Shown here piece after piece: positions 19,428 through 28,800 of a DNA stretch of 64,000 bases. Positions within the stretch are counted from its first letter, which is position 1; every line of letters begins with the position of its first letter. The notes below the pieces were generated by a model that saw only the letters and a list, made by a program, of their open reading frames with translations, was not told the origin of the DNA and ran no database searches. Made by a program: the position numbers and the translations under genes. The stretch is from Algibacillus agarilyticus (GTDB lineage Bacteria; Pseudomonadota; Gammaproteobacteria; Enterobacterales; Alteromonadaceae): positions 212,634 to 276,633 of the forward strand of contig NZ_QMED01000002.1 of assembly GCF_003286125.1 (NCBI RefSeq), in the 5' to 3' direction.

Positions 19428-19496
19428 AAACGACTTGCTTAAAAACAATTGACTTAAAAACGACTTATTTAGAAACGACTTATTTAGAAACGAACA
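19428..19496. promoter_or_regulatory. Direct repeats of AAACGACTT (3 full copies and 1 partial; copies 2 and 3 are a 15-bp tandem) in the response-regulator promoter region
   Basis: Copies at 19428, 19458, 19473 and a partial one at 19488; OmpR-type regulators bind direct repeats. Confidence 0.35.
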
Positions 19497-21595
19497 GATA
19501 CGCCAATACCCGGAAACATTTCATCTGGAAATTCATAATCCGGTGTTTTTTCGGTGTAATCGGCGTTCCATTCATCTTCTTGTATGCGTTGGTTGCCATA
19601 CACATTTAACACATCTAAATACACGTTAACCGCATGGTTGGCGATATGTGTATGGTAATCAACTCGTATATCCATTCGATGACCGGCTTCTCGGCGCTGG
19701 TCGTTAAATGTACCGTACATTGGTTGATAAAATAAAGGGGCTTGTGTGGTATCGGGCTCGCCATTTTCGGTGGGATAAACCGGTTGAGCCGATAAAACCT
19801 CGGTGTAACGACGGCCACTTTGATACGCCCATTTTACGCCAATATGCCATTTATCGTTAATTTGATATTTAGCCACGAGGTTGGCAATAATGGGTAAATC
19901 GAATTCGTATTCAAATTTTTCGCCTGTCATTTTGTTTTTGCGCTCGGTGTTTGCATAGGCCAATGTAAACCAACCATACCAGTTGTCTTGCAGCGATTTG
20001 TTTATCATTAACTCGGCGCCCCAAGCAGTGCCCTCACCTTGGTTAACAAATTGCGGTTCAAGGCTTATTTCATTTGGGTTTAGTTCGGTTTGTTGGCTCG
20101 CAGGGTTGGCCATAATAAGCTTATCGAGTTGCTTGTAATAAACGTCGATTTTCCATTGCCATGCATTAGTTAAGGTTTGCTCAAAACTTGCACCGATCAT
20201 ATTAGCCGTGCTTTGTTTTAAATCAGGGTTGCCAAATGTGGTGCTTAAATAATTTAAGTTACGAAACCATTGGTGATATTGCCCCAATGACAAACCAATG
20301 CGGCTATGGCTATTAACCTGATATTGGGCCGACAAACGCGGCTCTAAAAAAGTTTCGCTGGTATAATCGTTATAACTTAATGCCGCACCTAAGGTAGTTT
20401 GCCAGCGCTCAGTTTGTTGTATGGCTAAATCACTAAACACGGATGCAAAGTTAACATCAACCTCGGTATTGTCATTTACAATCGGGCTAAAACCACTTGG
20501 CAAGCAGTTTTCGAATTCGCGATTACAGGCTTGCAAACGGCTGGTATTATTTAAGCTGATGTTTTGCTGCTTTATTTCGGCTCCCCACGTTAAGGAATGA
20601 TCGCTTAAGCTAGTTTGCGTTACGCTTTTTAGCATTAGCTCATCTACAGTAGATTCACTTTGCTCGGCAATGCCCTCACTCACCTTTAATTGGGTGGTTA
20701 GGTAGTTTATGGCGGCGGTGGTTTCGCCTAGGCCCGACGAGTTTAACCAAATTAATCCCACGTTATTGTAATTGCTTGTATAACCTTCTCCACTCGCTAA
20801 ATCAGGATTACGGGCAACCGAACTAGCACCCGGTTTAAACGCTTGGCGCACTTTGTCTTTGGCCCCTGTCGCAACCAATTTAAAAGCGTTGTTTGGGTTG
20901 GCGTCCCATACCATTTTGGCTTGAAAATCGTGATTACGCGGCGGTTGTGAAAACGTAAAGTCTTCGTCTTCAACCATGTCGTCAACAAAATTGTGAATAA
21001 GTGATTCACGATACGAAAGATAAAACGCCAGATCATCGGTAATAGGCGATTCAACCAACAAGCCCGAGCGTATCATGCTTAAATCAAGCACGGCTTGCGC
21101 CTTTTCAAAAGACGGATCACGCAGTTCAGTGGCAATAACACCGCCAATTGCATCATTGTATTGCCCTGACCAACCCGCCGTTTTAAGCTCAAAGCCCGAT
21201 ATTAGCTCGGGGTTGAAGGTGCTTAAGCTGTCTTGGTGAAATACATAACCTATGGGTAAAAAATCACTAAAGTATTGATTATCCATTGGCGAGCTGCCTC
21301 TGATCGCCGGTTGGGCTACCGGCCCACCACTTGATGGTGTGGCTAATACCACACCAGGTAAAGCATCAATGGCTTTGAGTGGATCACCAAAGCCCCCCGG
21401 CATGTTGACGATTTGCTTAGACGAAACCAAAATACCTTGGGGTTTGGTGGCCACCACTTCAATAGTTTCGGTTTCTAATTCAGCTTTAGATGAATCTGTA
21501 TTCACTTTTTTGATTTGATTTTGCGCTAAAGCATAATTGCCCGCCGCGTTACTCATACCTAAAACAACGGCGATTGATAGTGTAGTGAGTCTCAT
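19484..21595 (-). CDS. TonB-dependent outer-membrane receptor
   Basis: Signal peptide, plug and barrel length of 703 aa, C-terminal aromatic (…GVSVRF). Confidence 0.8.
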   Translation of the reverse strand: MRLTTLSIAVVLGMSNAAGNYALAQNQIKKVNTDSSKAELETETIEVVATKPQGILVSSKQIVNMPGGFGDPLKAIDALPGVVLATPSSGGPVAQPAIRGSSPMDNQYFSDFLPIGYVFHQDSLSTFNPELISGFELKTAGWSGQYNDAIGGVIATELRDPSFEKAQAVLDLSMIRSGLLVESPITDDLAFYLSYRESLIHNFVDDMVEDEDFTFSQPPRNHDFQAKMVWDANPNNAFKLVATGAKDKVRQAFKPGASSVARNPDLASGEGYTSNYNNVGLIWLNSSGLGETTAAINYLTTQLKVSEGIAEQSESTVDELMLKSVTQTSLSDHSLTWGAEIKQQNISLNNTSRLQACNREFENCLPSGFSPIVNDNTEVDVNFASVFSDLAIQQTERWQTTLGAALSYNDYTSETFLEPRLSAQYQVNSHSRIGLSLGQYHQWFRNLNYLSTTFGNPDLKQSTANMIGASFEQTLTNAWQWKIDVYYKQLDKLIMANPASQQTELNPNEISLEPQFVNQGEGTAWGAELMINKSLQDNWYGWFTLAYANTERKNKMTGEKFEYEFDLPIIANLVAKYQINDKWHIGVKWAYQSGRRYTEVLSAQPVYPTENGEPDTTQAPLFYQPMYGTFNDQRREAGHRMDIRVDYHTHIANHAVNVYLDVLNVYGNQRIQEDEWNADYTEKTPDYEFPDEMFPGIGVSVRF

Positions 21596-21734
21596 TGTGC
21601 TGTCCTTGTTGGTTAAATACTGGCGCTATTGTGAAGTACGCAGTGCAAGGCTCTGACAAATTGGCGTGAAGGAAATGTGAAAAGGCGGCTTTTAATGCGA
21701 GTTGAGGTTATTTTATTTAGCACTAACCTAATGC

Positions 21735-21762
21735 CAAATATCAAATATCAAATATCAAATAC
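21735..21762. repeat. Heptamer tandem repeat CAAATAT x4 upstream of the TonB-dependent receptor
   Basis: Read directly. Confidence 0.6.
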
Positions 21763-21860
21763 CTTCAAGCATCAAACACAAAAAAAAACCTGCGAACAAA
21801 AGAACACAGGGCTTTAATTTTTATACTGATACGCAAAAATTGAGGGTATTTAAATGCGCT

Positions 21861-22736
21861 TTATTTTTTGCTTTCACGCATATCCATAATCGGCATAACG
21901 CCATCACCCATCATAGTGGTTGGTAATTTGCCATCCCATGCTTGCGCTTCGGTTAATTTTACAATTAATGGGTTATCTTTAAGTGATTTACCTTTTGCTT
22001 CAATGGCTTCAGCTTCGGCTTTACCGCGTAATAAAATAGATTGCGCTTCGGCTTCGGCTATTTTCAAAATACCTTTGGCTTTAGCATCAGCGGTGTTTAC
22101 CGCACGTAACGCTTCTAAGCGTTGGCGTTCTAATTTGTGCTCTTCTGCGGCGGCTAAGTTTTTCTCGGTTTGTTTGATTTCAATCGAGTTAATGTATTTT
22201 TGAGGTAACACAATATTTTCGATTTGAATGTTATCAACAACAACCGGAAAGCCAGCCATTTCTTCAGTTAAACGACGCTCAATACCTTGAATAGCTGAAG
22301 CACGATCTTGAATAAGCTGTTCTGCTTCAAACTGTGGAATAGTGTCTTTAGTGGCTGAACGAAAACGCGGGTCTAAAATGCGCTGTTCAAACTGATTTAA
22401 ACCGCCGTAACGCTTAAATAAGTCCATCGCGGCTTCTTTATTCACGGTCCAGTTAACCGACACTTCAATAGTTACCGGCATTTGCTCTTTGGTGCTTGAT
22501 GCCATTTTTTCTGCATTTTTGCGGGTTCTCACTTCAATTAGTTCAACGGTTTCGATAAACGGTAATTTAAAATGTAAGCCGGGGTTTTCTTGGTGTTTGG
22601 CTTCGCCAAAGCGTTTAACAATACCCACATGCCCTTCTATTACAATGTAATAAGAGTTAAAGATGGCAATCACCGCCAATAATAATGGAATGCCTTTTGA
22701 GAAGTTACCAAGCGACAGTAAACCTTTAATATTCAT
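21861..22736 (-). CDS. SPFH/band-7 (prohibitin/HflC-like) membrane protein
   Basis: N-terminal TM then an SPFH core (VGIVKRFGE...) and an Ala/Glu-rich coiled coil; start set at the internal ATG (MNIKG), which is preceded by AAGGAA. Confidence 0.8.
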   Translation of the reverse strand: MNIKGLLSLGNFSKGIPLLLAVIAIFNSYYIVIEGHVGIVKRFGEAKHQENPGLHFKLPFIETVELIEVRTRKNAEKMASSTKEQMPVTIEVSVNWTVNKEAAMDLFKRYGGLNQFEQRILDPRFRSATKDTIPQFEAEQLIQDRASAIQGIERRLTEEMAGFPVVVDNIQIENIVLPQKYINSIEIKQTEKNLAAAEEHKLERQRLEALRAVNTADAKAKGILKIAEAEAQSILLRGKAEAEAIEAKGKSLKDNPLIVKLTEAQAWDGKLPTTMMGDGVMPIMDMRESKK

Positions 22737-23070
22737 ATTGTTCCTTAATTTAGAAATATATTGAGCGCGCAATAGTACGTTAAATTAAGTAACAAGTTAA
22801 TAACATTTAATTTTGTTGAATATTACGAATTTGAATAATGGTAAGTTGAGTTAATAAAATACGGTTTTTAACTCAAAAAAGCTTATTTATGCGTTAAAAG
22901 AGAGGCCGAGTTAAAAACCATGTGTTTAAGAAGTTAAACAATGTTAAACAATGTTGAACAAGCCGGTAATAGAGATGAATTTATAGCGGCTACGTTAGAC
23001 AAACTATTAAAAAATATTCAACGTAATATCGATTTTCATCAAGATATATCAAACCCTAAACTGTTAGAAC

Positions 23071-23248
23071 TATAGTCTTCTCACTCAAGTTTTATGGTTC
23101 ATTGTCAGCGCTTACTCGCCCCAATCACATAGTAGAGCATATGCTCATGGCGTCTCGAAGCTTGACGGCTTTGCTTACATGGATGTAAGTACTTCGGTTT
23201 CGTCTGGAACGAGAAACCTGCCCCTAAAACCCGATCGCTTTGACTATA
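23071..23248 (+). repeat. Copy 1 of a modular repeat element with TATAGTC...GACTATA termini (178 bp)
   Basis: Long near-identical matches to 36485-36613 (same orientation) and 56204-56429 (reverse complement). Confidence 0.75.
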
Positions 23249-23352
23249 ATAGAGCATTTCGAGCAGCTAGCGGATGGTAATAATGCGGCATTAGAAAAAC
23301 TCGCTAAGTTTAAAAATTAGCGAGCTTTTAATGCACTTCAAACGTGATGCGT

Positions 23353-23883
23353 TTAACGGCTTAATTGTTCGACTAAAGCATGTAATTGCGCATTAATATC
23401 GGCATTGGTTACCGCGTGTGTTTGTGCATCAACATTATCATAATAGCTCGGCACCGATAACTCGCCTTTCAACACGCCTCCAAAATAGGGTAATGACGTG
23501 GTTGCCGTTTTTAATACATTAACCGCACCACCCGGCCCCGGTGATGTCGCTAACATTATCACGGGCTTGTTTTGAAAAAAGTTGCGCTCGTGACGCGAAG
23601 TCCAATCGAATAAGTTTTTATAAGCCGCGGTATAAGTGCCGTTGTGCTCTGCAAACGAAATAACAATCGCGTCAGCTTCACCTAGTGTGTTAAAAAAATC
23701 GACAGCTTGAGCTGGAATGCCCGATTCAGTTTCGCGATCACTGCTATAAATAGGCATTTCGTAATCATTTAAATCAAGCACATTAACTTGTGCATTGGGT
23801 ACTAAATTAGCCGTGTAACGCGCTAATTGTTTATTGATAGACTGTTTACTGTTACTTGCGGCAAAAGCGACAATTTTCATCAT
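23353..23883 (-). CDS. NAD(P)H-dependent FMN reductase / flavodoxin-like oxidoreductase
   Basis: MKIVAFAASNSKQSINKQL N-terminus and the GTYTAAYKN pattern of NADPH-dependent FMN reductases; divergent from a LysR gene. Confidence 0.75.
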   Translation of the reverse strand: MMKIVAFAASNSKQSINKQLARYTANLVPNAQVNVLDLNDYEMPIYSSDRETESGIPAQAVDFFNTLGEADAIVISFAEHNGTYTAAYKNLFDWTSRHERNFFQNKPVIMLATSPGPGGAVNVLKTATTSLPYFGGVLKGELSVPSYYDNVDAQTHAVTNADINAQLHALVEQLSR

Positions 23884-24016
23884 GATTATTCCTAAATGTC
23901 AGTATTTAACTTGATGAACTCACTATAAATTAAAAACGGTTAAGCATTAATAGCTCATTTGTGTAATGATTGTTTCCATATGAAGCATAATAAACAAACA
24001 TCGTTAGGTTTTAAAA

Positions 24017-24934
24017 ATGCGCTTAAATACCCAATTATTTGAAGGCATGATCATTTTTGTTGAAGTGGTTAACGGTGGCAGTTTTACTAAAGCCGCAGAT
24101 AACACTCAGCATTCAACGTCTTACATCAGTAAAGAAATCGCCAAACTAGAAGCTCGTTTAGGTTTGCGTTTATTAAATCGCACCACTCGATCATTAAGCT
24201 TAACCGCCGAAGGTGAATTATATTTTCAGCAATGCCAACAAATTATTTATGATGCAGAACAAGCTGAACGCTTGATTTCGGGCGCACAACAAAACCCAAA
24301 AGGAAAATTGCGTATTAGCTGCCCAGTGAGTTTTGGCTTATCGCATTTGCAGCCTGTTATAGCGCAGTTTTTAGCTCAATACCCTGATATTACGTTAGAT
24401 CTCGATTTAGACGACCGCAAAGTCGATATTATCGCCGAAGGATTTGATTTAGTGATCAGGGGCACTGAATTACTTAACGATTCAAGTTTAATCAGTCGGC
24501 AATTTTTAAACTCTCGCGTATTAACGGTTGCAACACCTGACTACATTAAACGCCACGGAATGCCGCAAAAACCGGAAGATTTAGTAAACCACACCGTACT
24601 CAGTTATCGTTATTTAAAATCACCTAATATTTGGAACTTCATTGATAAAGCAGGTAACGAGCAGCTAATCGAACTGAAAAGTCGTGTTATTACTAATAGT
24701 CCTCAAATGCAACTATCGTTATGCTTAGCTTCGCAAGGTATTATTCGTATGCCTGACTTTAATTTAGGCCAACACCTAGAAACCGGTGAACTCGTTGAAA
24801 TATTTAGTGACTTACCGTATCGGCAGGTCAATATGTATTTGGTTTACCCAAGCCGCAAACATATGTCGTCTAAGGTCAGGTGCTTTATTGATTTTGCCTT
24901 AGCTTATTTTTCTGATGATTCTTTGGCTCATTAA
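24017..24934 (+). CDS. LysR-family transcriptional regulator
   Basis: N-terminal HTH (FVEVVNGGSFTKAADNTQHSTSYISKEIAKLE) and a LysR substrate-binding domain; 305 aa. Confidence 0.9.
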   Translation: MRLNTQLFEGMIIFVEVVNGGSFTKAADNTQHSTSYISKEIAKLEARLGLRLLNRTTRSLSLTAEGELYFQQCQQIIYDAEQAERLISGAQQNPKGKLRISCPVSFGLSHLQPVIAQFLAQYPDITLDLDLDDRKVDIIAEGFDLVIRGTELLNDSSLISRQFLNSRVLTVATPDYIKRHGMPQKPEDLVNHTVLSYRYLKSPNIWNFIDKAGNEQLIELKSRVITNSPQMQLSLCLASQGIIRMPDFNLGQHLETGELVEIFSDLPYRQVNMYLVYPSRKHMSSKVRCFIDFALAYFSDDSLAH

Positions 24935-25015
24935 GTACCGCCGTCAATCTAACAAAAACCTGAAAAAGCGCTAAACACACGTTAAAATACCGGAATTAGA
25001 TAAAAAGAGATAAAT

Positions 25016-25357
25016 ATGATGACTGAATTAAAAATAACCGACTTAGTGGTTGGTGAAGGTAAAGAAGCAGTAAAAGGCGCATTGATCACAACACATTATC
25101 GCGGCCAGTTGCAAGATGGCACGCAATTCGATTCTTCATATGATCGAGGTAAACCGTTTCAATGTGTGATTGGCACAGGCCGGGTGATTAAAGGCTGGGA
25201 TCAAGGTATTGTTGGCATGAAAGTGGGCGGTAAACGTAAATTAGAAGTGCCATCTGAACTTGCTTATGGTGAGCGTGCGATGGGTAATGCTATTCCGGCT
25301 AATTCTGATTTGACCTTCGAAATTGAATTATTAGAAGTGTTAACTCGCGACGAGTAA
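25016..25357 (+). CDS. FKBP-type peptidyl-prolyl cis-trans isomerase
   Basis: HYRGQLQDGTQFDSSYDRGKPF ... GWDQGIVGMKVGGKRKL..P..AYG is the FKBP signature. Confidence 0.85.
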   Translation: MMTELKITDLVVGEGKEAVKGALITTHYRGQLQDGTQFDSSYDRGKPFQCVIGTGRVIKGWDQGIVGMKVGGKRKLEVPSELAYGERAMGNAIPANSDLTFEIELLEVLTRDE

Positions 25358-25424
25358 TAAGCATGTTTGATGCTTTGTTTAACAACGCATCAAACATTAG
25401 ATAAATGCCATTAAAAAGCAAAAA

Positions 25425-25727
25425 CTAGCCTAAGTGCTTTAACTTAACAAAGTCAGGCGCTGCCATGGTGGGTACAAACTCGGTGATAGCATAATCAGCA
25501 AGTTCCGCTTGATAAAATGGATCTTGCTGAATAATACTTTCAACTTCTTGCCTATTCACTGCATTTACCAAAATAATCCCGCCCGTTCGAGGCGCTTTTC
25601 GGCCCGACACAATAAACTTTCCTTGTGCGTAATATTTTTCAAGGTAAGCAATATGATCGCTGATATGCTGATCAACTTCGCTTAAATCTACGTTATACGT
25701 TAACGATACAATAAACATTTTAGACAC
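25425..25727 (-). CDS. YciI-like (Dabb-fold) protein
   Basis: 100 aa; MFIVSLTY...YLEKYYAQGKFIVSGR pattern of the YciI family. Confidence 0.7.
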   Translation of the reverse strand: MSKMFIVSLTYNVDLSEVDQHISDHIAYLEKYYAQGKFIVSGRKAPRTGGIILVNAVNRQEVESIIQQDPFYQAELADYAITEFVPTMAAPDFVKLKHLG

Positions 25728-25743
25728 CTCTTGCGTTAAATAT

Positions 25744-25769
25744 AAAAAACGAGCCGCAGCTCGCTTTTT
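25744..25769. terminator. Bidirectional rho-independent terminator downstream of the giant ATPase gene
   Basis: AAAAAACGAGC-CGCA-GCTCGCTTTTT. Confidence 0.6.
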
Positions 25770-25822
25770 ATCTGTTGCTCACACTTTGATCACGCTTCGA
25801 TCAGCATAAGCTTAAAACGGCG

Positions 25823-28800
25823 TTAATCTTTAGCGCCATTTGTACCTGCCCAAGCTCGACCTAAAGCACGCATGGCCTTGCCAATGTCATTAATCGGATC
25901 AATCAATTGTTGTGATTGGCTTTGTGTTAAGCCTTGCTGAATATCACCTAATGTTTGCGCAACTAAAGTGAGTTGGTTCGCCATTTGTTGGCTCGGATCA
26001 CTCTCGTCACCCATGGCTTGTTTACGCTTGTATTGACTACAAATATGCTGCCAACGTTCGTTTTGCTCTTCGTTTAATGCACCGCGTAATTGCGCCAATT
26101 TAAGCAAGTTTTCTTCTGCACCAGAGGTTAAGGTTTGCGCTTCACCAACATAATGATCACCGATTAACCGCATGAGCTCGGCTTTATCCATAACCGATGA
26201 TACTTTTTCGGCCATTTTATTCATGTTGCGGTACGAGCCTTGTAATTTAAAAGGTGGCTCGGTGCGATAATCTTCCGCGGTGGCAGCTGAAGCAATGTAT
26301 TGCAGATTCACTTTTAAGATCACTTTTTGGATCTCAAATAAATGCTGCAACACTTGTATTATTTCGTTACGTTCGGCTGCGCTGTAGTCATACGAAAAAT
26401 CAGTGCTAGCCACTTCGCCGCCGTTGGCAAGCTCAACAAAACGATATAAATCTTGCATATCACGTAAAGCTAACGGGGCAAGAACAGGGTTCGACGTTAA
26501 ACTGTTTTCGATATAGCTTAATGCAAATTGCTCTTCTTTACCGCCTAATACGTCACCTAAATTATAAATATCGGCACGGTTAGCCAACATATCCGGCACT
26601 TTAAACACATCGCCCGATTCGGTATAAGGGTTACCCGACATCACCACGCAAAACTTTTTACCGCGCATGTCATAGGTTTTCGTTTTGCCTTGCCATACAC
26701 CTTCTATTCGACGCGTGCCATCACACAAGGCGATAAATTTTTGTAAAAACTCCGGATGCGTATGCTGTATATCATCTAAATACAACATCACATTACTACC
26801 CATTTCAAAACCTAAATTGATTTTTTCAAGTTCTTGCTGCGCGGTTGCATTGGGTGCTTGCTGCGGATCAAGCGATGTAACGTCGTGACCTAAAGACGGG
26901 CAGTTTATTTTCATAAACACTAAGCCGAGTCGATTAGCCACGTATTCCATTAAGGTGGTTTTACCGTAACCTGGGGGTGAGATTAATAACAATAACCCCA
27001 TTAAGTCGGTACGTTTATCATCACCTACTGTGCCCATTTGCTTAGCTAAATTGTCACCAATAATTTGTAAATAAACCTCGTTTATTAATCGGTTACGAAC
27101 AAATGAACTGAGCGGATTCGCTTTAAATGATTCAAGTTGTAGCTGACTACGGTAATCGTGCATTAATTGATTACGCAAAGCATGGTAGCGTTTAAACGCC
27201 GGCACACTGGTGTTATTAAATGTTGCGAGGCGCGTGTTAAATTCGTCCAGCGACAGCGCTAACGAGCCTTCTTTAATGCGTGAATGGTCGCTCAGTAAAC
27301 CGCTAATTTGCGTATCTAACTGCACCGTTGCCACACTGCGCGGTAAATCTTCACATAACAATAAGGTGGCCGCTTCGGTAATGTAATGACTAGCTTGCTG
27401 GTAAATCGTATTGTCTTCGTGTGTTTGCTTAAGTTTAAACTCAATAAAGGCGTCTAACCATGATGTGCATAAACCCCACTGTTCAGCTAAGCCTAATAGT
27501 GTTTGACCGGGTTGATAATGCGCTGTATCACTTAAGTGGGTAAAACGTGCGATCGCATCTTTGTAATCATTAAGATGACCAATGCTGTCTAAATAATCGA
27601 GTAAATCTTGTGCCAATTGCTGGGCTAATTGGCTATTAACAAATTGTAACTCGGGTGCTGCTAGCACCAAACTTAAATAATCTGCCGCGTTGGCGATTAA
27701 ATTCGAATTAAAAGGTAAATCAGCATCCGTTACAAACTGTTGTAACGCTTGTGTTAATTCGGCCAGTAACTCGGTAAAACCTTTTCGGCTATTCAGTGCG
27801 CTCGCTAATAAATGCGCACTGCGGGCATGACGTTGCCACAAGGCTATTTTTTGCTTAGCAAGTGGTGAGTTTTGCCAAAACAAACTGGCTATTGAACGAG
27901 CAGCCGCAGAATAACGTAACAAACCGGCTTGCTGATGAATAGGCAGCAAGGCTTGCAAAATTAAACTTGCGTCTACATCGTGAATACCTTTTTCGTATCC
28001 TTCTTGATAACGCGGTGTCATGTATTTGCGAATAGCGGTTAATAAATAATCAGGTGTTTCAATGCTTTCGTATAACGCGGTTAAACTTAAACCTTCGGTT
28101 TGGTTTTCAGCATGTTGTAATACGCTATAGGCTAAATATTCACTTCTGGCGACTGCGCTATTTTCAGAGACTAAATTTTGCTGCCAATAAGGCGATAAGG
28201 TCGACAGCTCTTCATGCTCTATTCTTTCAAAGTAATCGGTTCCGGTAAGGTGTTTATACATGCCATCGTCGCGTGGCAATAGCGTTAAATCTAACCCTTG
28301 AGTGTTAACACTAAATTTGTGTTTACCCAATTTGATAATGGCACCGCCATCTTCAAAAATATCTTGTTTGTCACGCAAACTACGAATAGCTTGTTCTTTA
28401 GCAGCCTTTAACTGAGCATCAATATCATCTGCTTTTATAGGATCTGCTAAGTCTCGTAATTGCTGCGCTAAATCAGCTAATTTAAGCACCATCGCATCGG
28501 AGGCAAAATAAGTATTGAGTTGGTCAACATCGCTAAAGCTGGTTGCCCGACGTTCAACGCCAGAAATAATTCGCGCGGCGGCACTGGCTAAATTTTGCGC
28601 TCGACGTTGTTGCTCTTCAACTAAGCTTTGCTTACGGTTTTCGAATGCATCTTGTAACTCTTCGCGCTTGGCTAAAATATCCGATAAAAATTCGTCATAT
28701 TCACTGAATTTAGATTCAAGCTCTTCAAGTTGAATTAATAATCGAGATAGCTGTTCATCCGCTTTTTCAGGAGAATCGGCAATCGCTAACGCACTGGTAA

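Noticed and set aside
23941-23970. CATTA-N14-TAATG dyad in the FMN reductase/LysR divergent region as a possible LysR box
   Set aside because: The spacing does not fit the canonical T-N11-A LysR box, and the region is AT-rich so chance dyads are frequent. It is left as speculation only.
26685-28733. Short plus-strand ORFs inside the 1693-aa gene
   Set aside because: They are embedded antisense in a long uninterrupted ORF with clear ATPase motifs. They have no RBS or recognisable features.
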